A DNA stretch of 64,000 bases from Patescibacteria group bacterium (GTDB lineage: Bacteria > Patescibacteriota > Patescibacteriia > JBDRGY01), in NCBI GenBank assembly GCA_043817315.1, contig JBDRGY010000003.1:59181-123180 (forward strand). The letters run 5' to 3'. Every line of letters begins with the position of its first letter. Position 1 is the stretch's first letter. The translations under genes were made by a program, and so were the position numbers. Positions 1 to 12,500 of the stretch are shown here, in pieces. Under the pieces are notes generated by a model. That model did not search any database. It was not told where the DNA came from and worked only from the letters and a program-made list of their open reading frames with translations.

Positions 1-1803
1 GATGAGTTAATTTCTGGATTGGATAAAATCGATTGGCCCCAGAAGACTAAAACCAGTCAGTTGAACTGGATCGGCAAGTCCCAAGGTGCCAGTATTAAAT
101 TTTTCGTCGCCGACTCCAAATTATCAATCGAAGTTTTTACAACTCGAGCTGATACCTTATTCGGAGCAACTTATATGGTACTGGCTCCGGAACATCAATT
201 GGTGCAACAGCTCAGAGACAAGATTACCAATTGGAAGAAAGTAGAAAAATATATAACCGATACTCAAAAGAAGACTGAGATTCAACGAACTGATTTGGAC
301 AAAGAAAAAACCGGAGTAGAGCTTAAGGGCGTTAAGGCGATCAATCCGATTAACAATCAAGAGATCCCGATTTTCATCGCTGATTATGTCTTACTGGGCT
401 ATGGCACCGGAGCTATCATGGCCGTGCCTGCTCACGATGACAGAGACTGGGAGTTTGCTAAAAAGTTTAAGCTACCAATCATTGAAGTAATCCAAGGCAC
501 AGAAGAAACTGATGTTCAGCAACAAGCCTACATAGGCGAAGGCAAGATGATTAATTCGGAACAGTTTGACGGATTAGATCATAAAGAGGGCGCCAAGAAA
601 GTGGCTGAACAATTAAGGAGTAAAGAGTTGGGTGATCTGGCAGTCAATTACAAAATGAGGGATTGGATTATTTCTAGGCAAAGGTATTGGGGCGCCCCCA
701 TCCCAATTATTTATTGTGATAAATGCGGCGAAGTGCCGGACGAAAAATTGCCGGTGCAACTGCCCGATGACGTCGATTTCAAACCAACAGGTGAATCCCC
801 ATTGGCTTCATCGGATAAATTCGTAAAGGTAAAATGTCCTCTCTGCGGTGGGGAGGCATCGCGGGAAACTGACACCATGGACACTTTTGTTTGCTCTTCC
901 TGGTATTTTTACCGCTATGTTGATCCCAATAATGATAAGGAATTTGCCGATCAGCAAAAAATCCAAGACTTATTGCCGGTTGATATGTATATTGGCGGAG
1001 CGGAACACACGGTGATGCATCTGCTTTATGCCCGTTTTTTCTGTAAAGCAATGCTAGACTTGGGATTATTGCCCCAAGACACTTTTATAGACCGAGAACC
1101 GTTTTTGAAACTGAGACATCAAGGTATTATCTTGGGACCAGATAGACAAAAAATGTCTAAGTCCCGAGGCAATGTTGTGGACCCGGATCAGCTGGTCAAG
1201 AAATACGGAGCAGATGTTATCAGAATGTATTTGTGTTTCATGGGGCCTTACGATCAGGGTGGCCCCTGGGATCCTAAAGGGATTATGGGTGTTAAAAGGT
1301 TCTTAGATAAGGTGGAAGGCTTACTTCAAGGGATAAACAGTAAAGCTAAAAAGTCTGACGGTAAAATTCTACATCAGAGCATCAAGAAAGTAACCGAAGA
1401 TATTGAGGGATTAAATTTTAATACGGCAGTGTCTCAGCTGATGATTTTGGTTAATAAGTTTGTCGAATCAGGATTTAATAAGGTTGACTTGGAAAAGTTA
1501 TTAATAATCCTAGCCCCCTTTGCCCCTGAGACTACAGAAAAACTGTGGCAACAGTTAGGTAATAAAGATTCGATTCACGATCAACCCTGGCCGGATTTTA
1601 AAGAAGAACTAATTAAAGAAGATGAAGTTGAGTTAGTAATCCAAGTTAACGGCAAAGTAAGAGACAGAGTTAAAGTATCAGCTGACATTTCGGAAGATGA
1701 AGCCAAGGAGGAGGCGCTGGCTTCAACCAAAGTCTTGAAATGGGTTAAACAGCCCAAGAAGATAATTTTCGTCCCAGGTAAATTAATCAACTTAGTGGGA
1801 TAA
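1..1803 (+). CDS. leuS: Leucine--tRNA ligase (5' part lies upstream of the window)
   Basis: Frame open from base 1. Contains NWIGKSQG, FTTRADTLFG, GTGAIMAVPAHD editing domain, DWIISRQRYWG, KMSKS and C-terminal VQVNGKVR. Confidence 0.97.
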   Translation, partial: DELISGLDKIDWPQKTKTSQLNWIGKSQGASIKFFVADSKLSIEVFTTRADTLFGATYMVLAPEHQLVQQLRDKITNWKKVEKYITDTQKKTEIQRTDLDKEKTGVELKGVKAINPINNQEIPIFIADYVLLGYGTGAIMAVPAHDDRDWEFAKKFKLPIIEVIQGTEETDVQQQAYIGEGKMINSEQFDGLDHKEGAKKVAEQLRSKELGDLAVNYKMRDWIISRQRYWGAPIPIIYCDKCGEVPDEKLPVQLPDDVDFKPTGESPLASSDKFVKVKCPLCGGEASRETDTMDTFVCSSWYFYRYVDPNNDKEFADQQKIQDLLPVDMYIGGAEHTVMHLLYARFFCKAMLDLGLLPQDTFIDREPFLKLRHQGIILGPDRQKMSKSRGNVVDPDQLVKKYGADVIRMYLCFMGPYDQGGPWDPKGIMGVKRFLDKVEGLLQGINSKAKKSDGKILHQSIKKVTEDIEGLNFNTAVSQLMILVNKFVESGFNKVDLEKLLIILAPFAPETTEKLWQQLGNKDSIHDQPWPDFKEELIKEDEVELVIQVNGKVRDRVKVSADISEDEAKEEALASTKVLKWVKQPKKIIFVPGKLINLVG

Positions 1804-1804
1804 G

Positions 1805-2968
1805 ATGCCCCAATCATTAATTAACTACCAAATCGACTATTCCTTGAAAAGGGAGATCAATGAACTCTATTTAAGTTCCGCTATCCGCAAATTTGGCCTG
1901 GGCATGATCACTTTGTTTGAGCCGATCTATTTCTATTTATATTTCAATTCGATCAGTAAAACTTTAATCTATTTAATGATTCTTTATGCTGTATATTTCT
2001 TTCTGGCTCCTTTGGGTGGAAAGATCTTTACCAAGGTCGGGCTGAAACATTCCATCCTAATCAGTGTGCCCATTTTATTGTTGTACTATTTCGGTCTTTA
2101 TAATATAAACTGGGGACTGTTCATGGTTTTTATCGTAGGATTATTGGATGTTGTTTTTAAGCTGTTTTTCTGGCCCGCCTTTCATACTGATTTTGCCAAA
2201 TTTTCCAAGAAAGAAATTAGAGGCACCCAGATCAGCCGCTTAGCCTTAGTCACCACCATAGGACAAGTGACCGGACCACTCTTGGGAGGACTTATCATTG
2301 TCAAGTTCGGCTGGCCGGTGTTGTTTATAATTGTTATGGTCTTGCTGATTGTTTCCACTTTTCCCTTATTTATGTCACCGGATATTCACGAAGTATACAG
2401 TTTTACTTACAAGCAGGCAGTGTCGAGATTGTTTACCAAAAAAAGGTGGAAAAGAACCCTGGCCTTTGCCGCCCAAGGGGCAGAAAGCAAGGTGGCTATT
2501 TGGATTTGGCCGATATTCTTATATTTGTTGATCCCTGACTTCGTGAAAATTGGCTGGCTGACCACCTCAATCCTGTTTATTACTGTTTTTTTAGTTATTT
2601 TCCTGGGTAAACAGCTAGACAAAGGAAAAAGAAAAGTTATTTTACGTATTGGCAGCATTCTCAACAGTTCTGGTTGGCTTTTCAAGATTTTTGTCACCAG
2701 CATACCACAGGTTTTTGTCGCTGATACTTACTCCCGATTTGCCCAACGTTCTCTGAATATTCCCTTTTTAACGATTTTTTACGATAAAGCAGCTAAACGA
2801 GGTTCTTATCTAGACGAATATATAATTTTCCGGGAAATGAGCCATGCCCTGGGGTCAGTAGTTATGTTTGCCTTAACCTTGTGGATTTATGCGATAACTG
2901 GCACCTTAATATGGGCCTTTATCATTGCTGCCATTGGATCATTATTTTTAATTTCTTACAGCCGCTAA
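1805..2968 (+). CDS. MFS transporter (about 12 TM helices)
   Basis: Hydrophobic helices and MFS-like RG..IS...GPLLGG motif; paralogue of 3554..4723. Confidence 0.8.
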   Translation: MPQSLINYQIDYSLKREINELYLSSAIRKFGLGMITLFEPIYFYLYFNSISKTLIYLMILYAVYFFLAPLGGKIFTKVGLKHSILISVPILLLYYFGLYNINWGLFMVFIVGLLDVVFKLFFWPAFHTDFAKFSKKEIRGTQISRLALVTTIGQVTGPLLGGLIIVKFGWPVLFIIVMVLLIVSTFPLFMSPDIHEVYSFTYKQAVSRLFTKKRWKRTLAFAAQGAESKVAIWIWPIFLYLLIPDFVKIGWLTTSILFITVFLVIFLGKQLDKGKRKVILRIGSILNSSGWLFKIFVTSIPQVFVADTYSRFAQRSLNIPFLTIFYDKAAKRGSYLDEYIIFREMSHALGSVVMFALTLWIYAITGTLIWAFIIAAIGSLFLISYSR

Positions 2969-2969
2969 T

Positions 2970-3554
2970 ATGCAAGTAAAAAAAGACATCAAGCAAGCAA
3001 TAGCAGTTCTAAAAAATGGAGGAGTGATTGCCTATGCCACCGATACCGCCTACGCACTAGGGGCCGACTATCGCTCAGCCAAGGCTATAAAAAGGCTCTA
3101 TCGGATTAAGGGCAGGGATTACAACAAGCCACTTATTTTAATTGCCGCCGATCTGAAACAAGTTAAGAAAATAGCCCATATCGGCAGTGAAGAGAATAGA
3201 TTGATAAAAGAGCACTGGCCTGGTCCTTTGACCATACTGCTCAAAGTAAAAGATCAAGAATTAAAGAGTATCAGCAAGGATGGGTATATTGGAATCAGAA
3301 TTCCTGAAAACGATGCAGCCATACTGCTGGCCGAGAAGTTGGGTTACCCGATTACTGCCACTTCGGCTAATCTATCCGGTCAGACTGCTTGCTATACACC
3401 CTACTGTATAGTCAAACAGTTTATCAATAAGGTATATACACCTGATTTTATCTTAGATGGGGGAAGGTTATCAGCTGGGGATATTTCAAGTATAATAAAA
3501 ATAGATAAAGGAAAAATAAAGATAATCAGACAAGGAAAAGTTAAAATAACATAA
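2970..3554 (+). CDS. tsaC: L-threonylcarbamoyladenylate synthase (TsaC/Sua5/YrdC)
   Basis: TDTAYAL, KGRDYNKPL, WPGPLT, GIRIP and TSANLSG motifs. Confidence 0.93.
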   Translation: MQVKKDIKQAIAVLKNGGVIAYATDTAYALGADYRSAKAIKRLYRIKGRDYNKPLILIAADLKQVKKIAHIGSEENRLIKEHWPGPLTILLKVKDQELKSISKDGYIGIRIPENDAAILLAEKLGYPITATSANLSGQTACYTPYCIVKQFINKVYTPDFILDGGRLSAGDISSIIKIDKGKIKIIRQGKVKIT

Positions 3555-4723
3555 TGACTAATCCTTTCAAGAAATTCCATTACAATGTATCCGGTTATTT
3601 TGCCAATCATCTGACCCAACAAGTCAAAGAGCTCTATGCTTCTGTAGCCATCATGGATTTTGCCAAATCGGCAGTCATGATTTTTGAACCGATTTACTTA
3701 TATACAATCGGTTTTTCTTTACAAAAAATCTTGATCTTCTTCTTAGCCGTTTACGTAATATATTATTTTTGCTTGCCCTTGGGTGCCAAATTTGCCAGGC
3801 GGTTTGGTTATGAGCACGGGATTCTGTGGAGCACCCCCTGTTTAGTTCTTTACTATCTCTCTTTGTTCGGTATCGCCTATTATCCCCTGCTGATTTATCC
3901 GGCCATTTTCTTTTTGGTACTGCAAAAATCTTTGTATTGGCCGGGCTATCATTGTGATTTTGCCCGCTTTAGTATGAAAGGAGAGCGGGGCAGAGAGATT
4001 AGCAACTTGGTGGTTTTGGACTCCGTTGTTTATGTTGTGGGGCCGTTATTGGGGGGTCTTTTGATCAAATTTGTAGGCTTTTCTGCCTTATTCATAGTGG
4101 CAGCTGTCTTGATCTTGGTATCTAATATCCCTCTGATGATGACCAAGGAAACGTTCAAGGTCACCCCTTTTTCCTATACAGGGGCCCATAAAAGGGTCTG
4201 GCAGAAGAAACATCGACGCAAATTTTGGTCCTATTTTGGTTTCGGAGAAGAATTAATAGTGTTGGTGATTTGGCCGATCTTTATTTATACAGTTGTCCAG
4301 GATTATTTATCAATCGGGGCAATTGTTGCCGGAGCCACTTTCTTTACCAGTTTGATTATTCTTTGGGTGGGTCGGGTTACTGACAAACAAGACAAAAGAG
4401 TAGTGCTCAAATCAGGCACTATAATATATTCGATCAGTTGGTTCCTGCGTTTATTTGCCGGAACCGGTTTGCACGTTTTTATGATTGACACTCTATCTCG
4501 AGTTTCTAAAAACACCATCTACGTTCCTATGACTGCCCTGACTTATGACCGGGCCGTTAAAGGCAGTGTCATGAAAGAGATTGTCTTTTTTGAGATGGCT
4601 TTGGTGATTGGAAAAATCGTGGCCATTTTACTTGTTTTGGTATTGCTCCAATTTTTCACTTCTGGTTTTGAGGCGGCCTTTATTGTAGCAGGAATCATGA
4701 CTCTTTTTTACGCCCTCCGTTAA
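3554..4723 (+). CDS. MFS transporter (paralogue of 1805..2968)
   Basis: Shares ELY, FEPIY, WP.(Y/F)H.DFA.FS...RG..IS, GPLLGG and IWPIF with the upstream MFS. Confidence 0.8.
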   Translation: MTNPFKKFHYNVSGYFANHLTQQVKELYASVAIMDFAKSAVMIFEPIYLYTIGFSLQKILIFFLAVYVIYYFCLPLGAKFARRFGYEHGILWSTPCLVLYYLSLFGIAYYPLLIYPAIFFLVLQKSLYWPGYHCDFARFSMKGERGREISNLVVLDSVVYVVGPLLGGLLIKFVGFSALFIVAAVLILVSNIPLMMTKETFKVTPFSYTGAHKRVWQKKHRRKFWSYFGFGEELIVLVIWPIFIYTVVQDYLSIGAIVAGATFFTSLIILWVGRVTDKQDKRVVLKSGTIIYSISWFLRLFAGTGLHVFMIDTLSRVSKNTIYVPMTALTYDRAVKGSVMKEIVFFEMALVIGKIVAILLVLVLLQFFTSGFEAAFIVAGIMTLFYALR

Positions 4724-5560
4724 ATGACTGACCAGATTCAATATTTAAAGAAAATTTTTCGTCAACATCACCTCCGACCGAGCAAATTACGCGGTCAGAA
4801 TTTTTTAATCAACCCGGATGTGGTAAATGAATTGGTAAAGTTGGCCGAGATAAAATCGGGCGATAGTGTTCTTGAGATAGGGCCAGGCCTGGGTATTTTG
4901 ACCAAAGAGATTTCCCAGAAAGCCAAATCAGTTTGGGCGGTCGAAGTTGATAAAGGACTTGCTTCGGTCTTGCCTAAAATAATGAGTGACTATCCTAATG
5001 TAAAGATTATTCCGGGAGATGCCATGAAGCTGCAGGGCAGTCTGGCCAAAACTCTGCCTGCCAGTTACAAAGTAGTAGCCAACTTGCCATTTTCCATTAC
5101 CTCACACTTCTTGCGTCAATATCTAGAAACTGATAAAAGGCCCACAGACATGACATTGATAGTCCAGAAAGAATTGGGAGACAGAATCTGCGCTCCCCCT
5201 GGTCAGATGAGTTTGATATCTGTGGCTGTACAGTTTTACGGACGGCCGACGATCTGCGAACTAGTTAGTCACCAGAATTTCTGGCCCCAACCCAAGGTTG
5301 ACACAGCTATTATGAGAATTGACCAGATCGGTCAAGGCTATAGTGCCAAGATTTACCAGTCAGAAATTCAAAGATTCTGGCAGATAGTTAGAATTGGTTT
5401 TTCAGCTAGGCGTAAACAATTGAAAAATAACCTCAAAGCTGGATTAAAAATTGATAGTGCTCAAATTGTAAAAATAATGCATAAAATTGGGCTTAATGAA
5501 CAAATTAGAGCCCAGGATTTGACAATTGATCAATGGCTAAAGTTAGCCAAAGGTTTTTGA
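4724..5560 (+). CDS. rsmA: 16S rRNA dimethyltransferase RsmA/KsgA
   Basis: GQNFL, LEIGPGLG, VANLPF, P.PKVD and F..RRK.L.NNL motifs. Confidence 0.95.
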   Translation: MTDQIQYLKKIFRQHHLRPSKLRGQNFLINPDVVNELVKLAEIKSGDSVLEIGPGLGILTKEISQKAKSVWAVEVDKGLASVLPKIMSDYPNVKIIPGDAMKLQGSLAKTLPASYKVVANLPFSITSHFLRQYLETDKRPTDMTLIVQKELGDRICAPPGQMSLISVAVQFYGRPTICELVSHQNFWPQPKVDTAIMRIDQIGQGYSAKIYQSEIQRFWQIVRIGFSARRKQLKNNLKAGLKIDSAQIVKIMHKIGLNEQIRAQDLTIDQWLKLAKGF

Positions 5561-5571
5561 GGGTCCCTAAT

Positions 5572-5600
5572 TTGACCAAACCCCAAATATGTGATATAAT
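5572..5600 (+). promoter_or_regulatory. Sigma70-type promoter at the start of the surface/T4SS locus
   Basis: TTGACC-N17-TATAAT with extended TG, 23 nt before the ATG at 5624. Confidence 0.75.
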
Positions 5601-5623
5601 GGAGACTGATAATTGGTCAAAAA

Positions 5624-6514
5624 ATGGCACAAAATTCCGATAACGAGATTAACGAAGGGATACCCATTGAGTCGGAAGGTTTTAAGGAATTAATAGACCT
5701 GGAAGACGAGCCTTTACCCGAAGATTCATCAGCAGTATCTGAAGATGATGTCGCTTTTATTGGAGGAAATATGTGGGAGGAACCTGAAGAACGGCCAGGC
5801 AGAAGCGGAGGCAGAAACCAAGCAGCCAAACAGACTTCCGAGCCCCTTAAAAAAACCAATAGACCGCTTTGGGTACTATTCAGTGTTGCTTTGCTGGGTA
5901 TGTTCGTATTCTTTTTAGGCTTTTTTGATGTTATCGGTCAAATCAGCCTGCCCTTTATAGGTGATGGATCAGGGGAACTGACCGCCCAGGATGAAGCAGG
6001 CCTGCTTCTAGATCTGCAGGTGATGGACACTGATGAAGATACCCTAACCGATTATGAAGAATTGTATCTCTATAATACGTCTCCCTACCTGTCAGACTCC
6101 GATTCAGACGGCAAAGATGACGCCACCGAACTGAATGATGGTACCGATCCTAATTGTCCCAAAGGTCAGCTTTGCGGAACCACCTCGACAAATACCAACA
6201 GTTCAACTAATACCAATACCAACGAAAGTTCCTCGGAAGAAACAGTAACGGCTGATCAGTTAAGACAGACTCTAATAGAAAGCGGAGCGCCCGAAAGCAC
6301 AGTTAACGCGATGGATGATGAGACTATCATCCAAACTTACGCCAACCAGACCAGCACCCAGGACATCACAGTTGGCAGTTTAGAAAACTTAGCGGCAGAG
6401 GACGTCCGTCTGCTATTAAGACAGGCCGGAGTGGCTGATGCCACCTTGACTGAAATGGATGACGCTACTCTACTACTGGTTTTTCAAGAAGCCCTTAATG
6501 AAATTAATCAATAA
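5624..6514 (+). CDS. Membrane-anchored protein with thrombospondin type 3-like Ca-binding repeats
   Basis: Acidic N-terminus, one TM helix, DTDEDTLTDYEE and DSDSDGKDDATE repeats, N/T-rich linker, duplicated C-terminal helical motif. Confidence 0.7.
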   Translation: MAQNSDNEINEGIPIESEGFKELIDLEDEPLPEDSSAVSEDDVAFIGGNMWEEPEERPGRSGGRNQAAKQTSEPLKKTNRPLWVLFSVALLGMFVFFLGFFDVIGQISLPFIGDGSGELTAQDEAGLLLDLQVMDTDEDTLTDYEELYLYNTSPYLSDSDSDGKDDATELNDGTDPNCPKGQLCGTTSTNTNSSTNTNTNESSSEETVTADQLRQTLIESGAPESTVNAMDDETIIQTYANQTSTQDITVGSLENLAAEDVRLLLRQAGVADATLTEMDDATLLLVFQEALNEINQ

Positions 6515-6528
6515 TTTTCCTTAATATC

Positions 6529-9500
6529 ATGGGCATAAAACATAGTCTGAAAACAAAAATGAAAAAGGCACTGGCCTTCATTGCTTTATTCGGATTAGTA
6601 GTCCAAATAGCCGGGCCAGTTCTTTTATATCCGGAAATTGCTCATGCCGGTTTACCTACTTTTGCTACGGTGATTGCCGAGCCCTTCCGGCAGATGATTG
6701 ATGCTGTCAAATATGCCATTCAAATTGCCGGTGATGTCATGTTTAAAAATGCCCTGCGCACTTTTACTGCCAAGATTGCCTACGATACGGCTGTTTGGAT
6801 TGGCAGCGGGGGCAAAGGGCAGAAACCTTTATTTGTAACCAAGCCGGGACGGTATTTGGCAGATGCTGCCGATTCCGCAGCCGGTGATTTCTTAGATCAG
6901 TTATCAACTGCAGCTTGGGGGGAAAGCCTTTGTGATATAGCCCCTGAGCTCAAATTTTCTATTTACGAATCTATTAAGATCCAATATAGCTTGGATGAAA
7001 AAGCCATTCGCAAGGCCAGCTGTACAGCATCTGATATCTGGAAAAATGTGCAGGGCACCCAACTAATCGCTGAAATGGAGGATATGTTTGAGCTGGAACA
7101 AAGCTCCCTGGGACAATTGATTGAAATCGGTTTACAGGCTCCTGAAGAAGCAGCTAAAGGCAGAGAGCAAAAACAACATGAATACGAATTTGGCGGAGGC
7201 TATTTGCCCACTATGACCTTTTCCGGAATCGTCAAAACCCCCTCGGTTTCTTTGTCAGCTATGGTGGATCGATCACTGGACTTAATTACCAAGTCTGAAG
7301 AGCAATACACAGGCAATGCGGTGGCCGATGCCATCGGAGTTTTCTTTAATACTTTGATCAAAACCTGGATAAAAACTTTATTTGATGAAGGGCTCAATCC
7401 CAATGTTCAAGAAGGTGTGGGGCAGAAGCCCAAATCAGGCGTTTTAGCCGCTCGGGAAAAATTCTTTTCCTTAGCTGTTCCCAAATTTTCCACCGGGGGA
7501 CCAGTAGATATTCTAAACGAGTTAGCGGCCTGTCCCAGTGATGCCCGTTATCGCACAACTAATAATTGTGTCATTGACGACAGATTTCGGTTGGCCGTGG
7601 AACAAAAAATGAGAGTCAAAGATGCGGTGGCCCAAGGTCTTTTAGACGAGTATAAAATATTTGGCTATGACGCGGCAGGTCAGCAACCGGATTTCCGCAA
7701 TGGCTATCCCTATAATACAATGGTGGTTTTGAGAAAGTATCGAATTTTACCGGTAGGCTGGGAATTAGCAGCCAAATACATCAGGGACAAAGAAGACCCC
7801 CGGCAACTGCACACCCTAAAAGATGTACTGGAAGCTTACGATGACTGTCCGGTTTGTGATGAGAACAGCGAAAACGTCGGTGATTTATGTGACGATAACG
7901 ATGATTGTATTGATGGCCCTACTGCTCCTGGCCTTTGTGATTTTACCTTGGATTCTCCGTTATGTGGTTTAGTAGATCCGGCCTGGGTATTAAAAGCCCC
8001 ACAAGTAACTTGTAACCGACAGGGTCCTGGAGAACAGATAGTACATGAAGATTGGGAGAGAATTGTAGACGTCAATAACGACGGTGAAATCAATCAAGAA
8101 GACCCACCGGTTCAGATGGTAACCAGGGCCAACTATTGTGCTGATGACCAAACTTGTATCAAGGAAAACGATGACGGATCCTGTGCTCAATATGGTTATT
8201 GCTACGAAGAGAAAGAAATTTGGAAAATCGACGGAAACGGTTGTCCAGAACAGTACGGTAGCTGTTTAGGTTTTAAAAACTCCAACAACAAATCAGTTGC
8301 CTATTTGACTGACACCTTGGATTTTGATCACTGTGACGAAAACAACGTGGGCTGTAAATGGTATTGTCAGGACTGGGACGACACTACTGCCGGCTATCAA
8401 TGCAATAATTATCCCATTAATCCCTTGGATGCTGATTCACCGGGACCGGATGGTGATCCTGCTACCTTAGACGATAACAATCAAATACAATGCACCAACC
8501 CGGACGGCTGTACCTGCTATACCGAAGACAACCTGGCTGACCCCGTTCTTGATGAAGCCGGTGATTCTTGTGTCATTGCTGACGGGGAGTGGTCATGTAC
8601 CCCCAAGTGCGTCTTGCCTTATGAATGTCAATTGGCAGAATGCCTCTGTGTTAGCTGGAGCGGTGATTATTGTAACGTGGCTCCGGGTGGAACCGAGTGT
8701 GACTTGGGAGGACAACCTTGCACTCTAAATAATTCCAAACTGACTATCGATAGTGATGCGGAAACATGTAAAGCCAAAGATACCGGCTGTAGCGAATATA
8801 TCAGAATAGTAGAGGGGACAAATTTACTATCCAATTCATCTTTCGAAATATTTACTGGCGATGCCAATGACGGTGCTGAAGACACTTTTGACGCTTGGGT
8901 TAAGAAACCAGGATCTACCTTCGTAACCTACGCCCAGGTTAATCCTTACTTGGGAAATCACACTTTAGTAATAGAAGGAGGGGCCGCCAATGATTATTTG
9001 GCTCACTACTTTGAGACTGCCACACCCATCGAAAACAGGTCATTTACTTTTTCCTATTATGCCAAGACCGATAACTCGGGCTGCAGCGGCGCTTACGGTA
9101 TAGACGGAGATCAAGCGGCAGGCGGCGGGGCAACGGCCAATTACACAACTAATTGGGAAAGATATCATTATACTCATAATTTCACCAAACATTGTTTGGA
9201 TGCGGGACACGCTCTTTGTTCCACTGATGCTGATTGTGCTGCCGGAGTTTCCTGCGGTGGTGACACCAGCATCCAGCCTTTTGTGCGCCCAGCTCCCGGT
9301 TGTAAACTTTACGTGGATGCGGCTCAAGTGGAAGTTGGTTTTGTCCCCACTGAATATAAAGAGTACAACACCGTCAATCAGCTATATCTCAACGAGAATA
9401 GAGTGGCTTGTTTATCCGAAGAAGCCAACTGTAATTTATATACTCCCCGAAGAGGCGGCGATTCTGTCCCGGCGGTAATTACGGAAGCGGGTTCATGTGA

Positions 9501-12500
9501 CACCTCTTCTATCGACTGTGACCAGTGTGATGAAGACCAGGTAGGCTGTCGCGCTTTTAGAGAACAACCGCTTGAAGCCAATGCTCCTGATAAAGAACAC
9601 GCTTGGCGTACCGGAAATCACTGTTCCGATGATATGTCAATTTCTTGTGCCACTGATGCCGAATGTGTAGCAGCCAGCGCCGGAATCTGTATACCGGAAG
9701 TGGACTTTATTATGGATAGTGGCAAAGAATGCCCGGCTCGCTACGTTGGCTGCGAAGAATACACCAATTTGGACATAGTAGCCCAGGGTGGTGAAGGAAA
9801 AGAATATTATACTTATCTTAGGTTGTGTGCTGAACCGGGCAATGCCGGATGTACCACCTATTATACTTGGGAAGGTTCAGCTACCGCCGGATACCAAATC
9901 AAGATTCACTCCTTAATAGAAGGAGGAGATGGTGGTCCTTGCACCCAGATAGATTATGGAGCAGCTCCGGAGACTATCCAATGTGCCGGATTTGATATTT
10001 GTGATCCCGGAATAGATGGAGCTGATTGTCGTGAATACTATGATGCGGCCGGTATTGTCTATTACCGTATGGAAAGAGATACCATCACCTGTTCTGATGA
10101 CTGTCATCCCATGAGAAACACTATCGACGACCGCATCTACCCGGCCGTACCCAGTGAAAATGAAGAATGTTCTTCTAGCTATAAAGGTTGTAGAGAGTAT
10201 AAAGGATCAACCGGCTCCAATGTCAGGTTGGTAATGGATCATGATTTTGAAGAGGGCAATGTGGGAGAATGGAATGGCCAGATCAGTTCAGAAGCGATAA
10301 CTGCTGGCGGACATTCTCTATATACATCAGGGGCTATTAGCAACAGCATGGATGTCAATAATAACCTGACTTATATTTTATCTTTCTGGGCCAAAGGTAG
10401 TGGCACTACCCTCAATCCGATTACTATAGGAACTGTTCAATTTGACCTGGAACCAGGCGAGATTGCCCTGAATGATGAATGGCACAACTATACAGTGGGA
10501 CCGTTGGTCTATGGAGATGATTCCGATGTGGTAAATTTGACCATCAGTGGTTCAGGCAATTTCTTCATTGATAACATTGTGTTACAAGAAGTGGGGGCCA
10601 GCCTCTATCTGATCAAGGATTCATATGATATCTGCGACCAGGTAAATTGTGACGAATACTATGACCTGCAGAAGGATAAACATTTTCTTAAATCATTCAC
10701 TAGATTGTGTCGCGAAGAAGCTATCGGCTGTGAAGCCCTGATCGATACCCAGAATTCTTCGGACAACCCCTTTGCCGAAACCTTCTTTACTGGTACCGAA
10801 GATGAACTGACCGTGGCTGGTGATTTGACTAGGACCTTAGTCAACAACAAAAAACATTACTGCAAGCCCGATGCTAAGGGTTGTAGCCGATTGGGAGCTC
10901 CTACCAAGGAACAAGATCAATCGGTATCGGGTTTCGAATCGACTTTTCTAAAAAATGACCCCGATAAATATGACGATATCTTGTGTCGTACCAGAGAAGT
11001 CGGTTGTGATGCCTTTGATATCGAAGATAATGATTCTATCCTCTACTTTAAAGACCCGGGTAGACGAGTCTGTACCTGGCAGGAGGGAGTCAATGTCGGT
11101 AGCGGTCAACTAGTCTCCGGTTGGTTCAGATTTGGAACCACTGAGGCCTGTAATCCTGATGCCGATATCTATGACACTCGAGATGATGATTTTAACAACG
11201 ATTTTGTAGCAGGTGATACTAATGACCTATGTCAGTATCGGGTATTGGGAGAATGTATCGGCACCGATGATCCTTGTAACAATGATACTGATTGTGGTGG
11301 TGTTGACTCTTGTGTTGATATCAAGAGACGCTGGTGTCTCAAATCAAGCCCGGCCGGCGAGTGCCACCCCTGTTATGCCAAAACTTGCCCCAAGGACGAA
11401 AGTACCTGTACTGAATACCGTGATCCTTTATCCAAAGCAATCAGTGTAAATATTCCCGAAGTCAACGCCTTAGATTGTGAGGTGCATTGTCCCATTCAGT
11501 ACGATGGCATGGGAGAACCACTACTGGTTGATGCCGATTGTATCACAGTCGGCTATGCGGGCGGAGGCCGACCTGGCTGTCAGCCTTATCACTATCTATC
11601 AAACAGTGTTGATAAAGAATCCTGCAATAGCATCATTAATCCGGACGACAGTTGTGTGGCTTTTGCCGAGATGCGTAATCTCTATGAAGATATCAACCCG
11701 GAAGGAACTACTTCGCCTTTTGCCCCAGCTGCCTGTAACGGCTGTTCTATTAATCGTCAGGGAGTGGGCAATACGGATAATGAATTGGCAGAAATATGCT
11801 CTGACAATGAAGACTGTTGCGCCAACGTACCGTTTAATCCGGGCGACAACGTAGATTTAGGGGCTTGCCGGGCCAATACTATATTGAAAGTAGCTCCGGA
11901 TCGGGAATGTAATAAATGGGCGTACTGTCGCACCAGTTGGACTATAAATATGCCCAACGGTGATAAGGAAAAAATGTGTTTTGAGATAGGAGCCTGTAAT
12001 AAAGTAGATGCCAGTGGAGAATGTGTCAACACTTTGGACTTGGGAGTTTGCTCTGGTGATCCTACTCAAACGTGTACCCAGGATTATGATTGTAATATTG
12101 GAGAAACCTGTGTTATTAATGAGATTACAGTTGATTCTCCGGGGGAAATAGAAACTATCCAAAATCTATCAGGCCTGGCCGTAGCCGGAGCCAGCTGGAA
12201 ACCGGATGGCAGTGTAGTAGTGCCCGGTTATTATGCCTATGCCGGCATGAAAGAAGTGGGCCTGGGTATTGACCTGATTAACGGCGATATGGAAGAAGGG
12301 GAAACTGATCCCTGGACGCCGGTGGGTGATACCTCTTCATTAGAACTAGAAACTTCTAATCCCCAGGACTATACTCTGAAAGTGTCAGCTTCCGAAGAAA
12401 ACCACGGCACCGCTTACAGTCTAAACGGTTGGGTGTCAGAGGGTGATAAAGTATTTATAAATTTCTGGGCCAAAGCCGGTGAAGGTGCCTCATCTATTAG

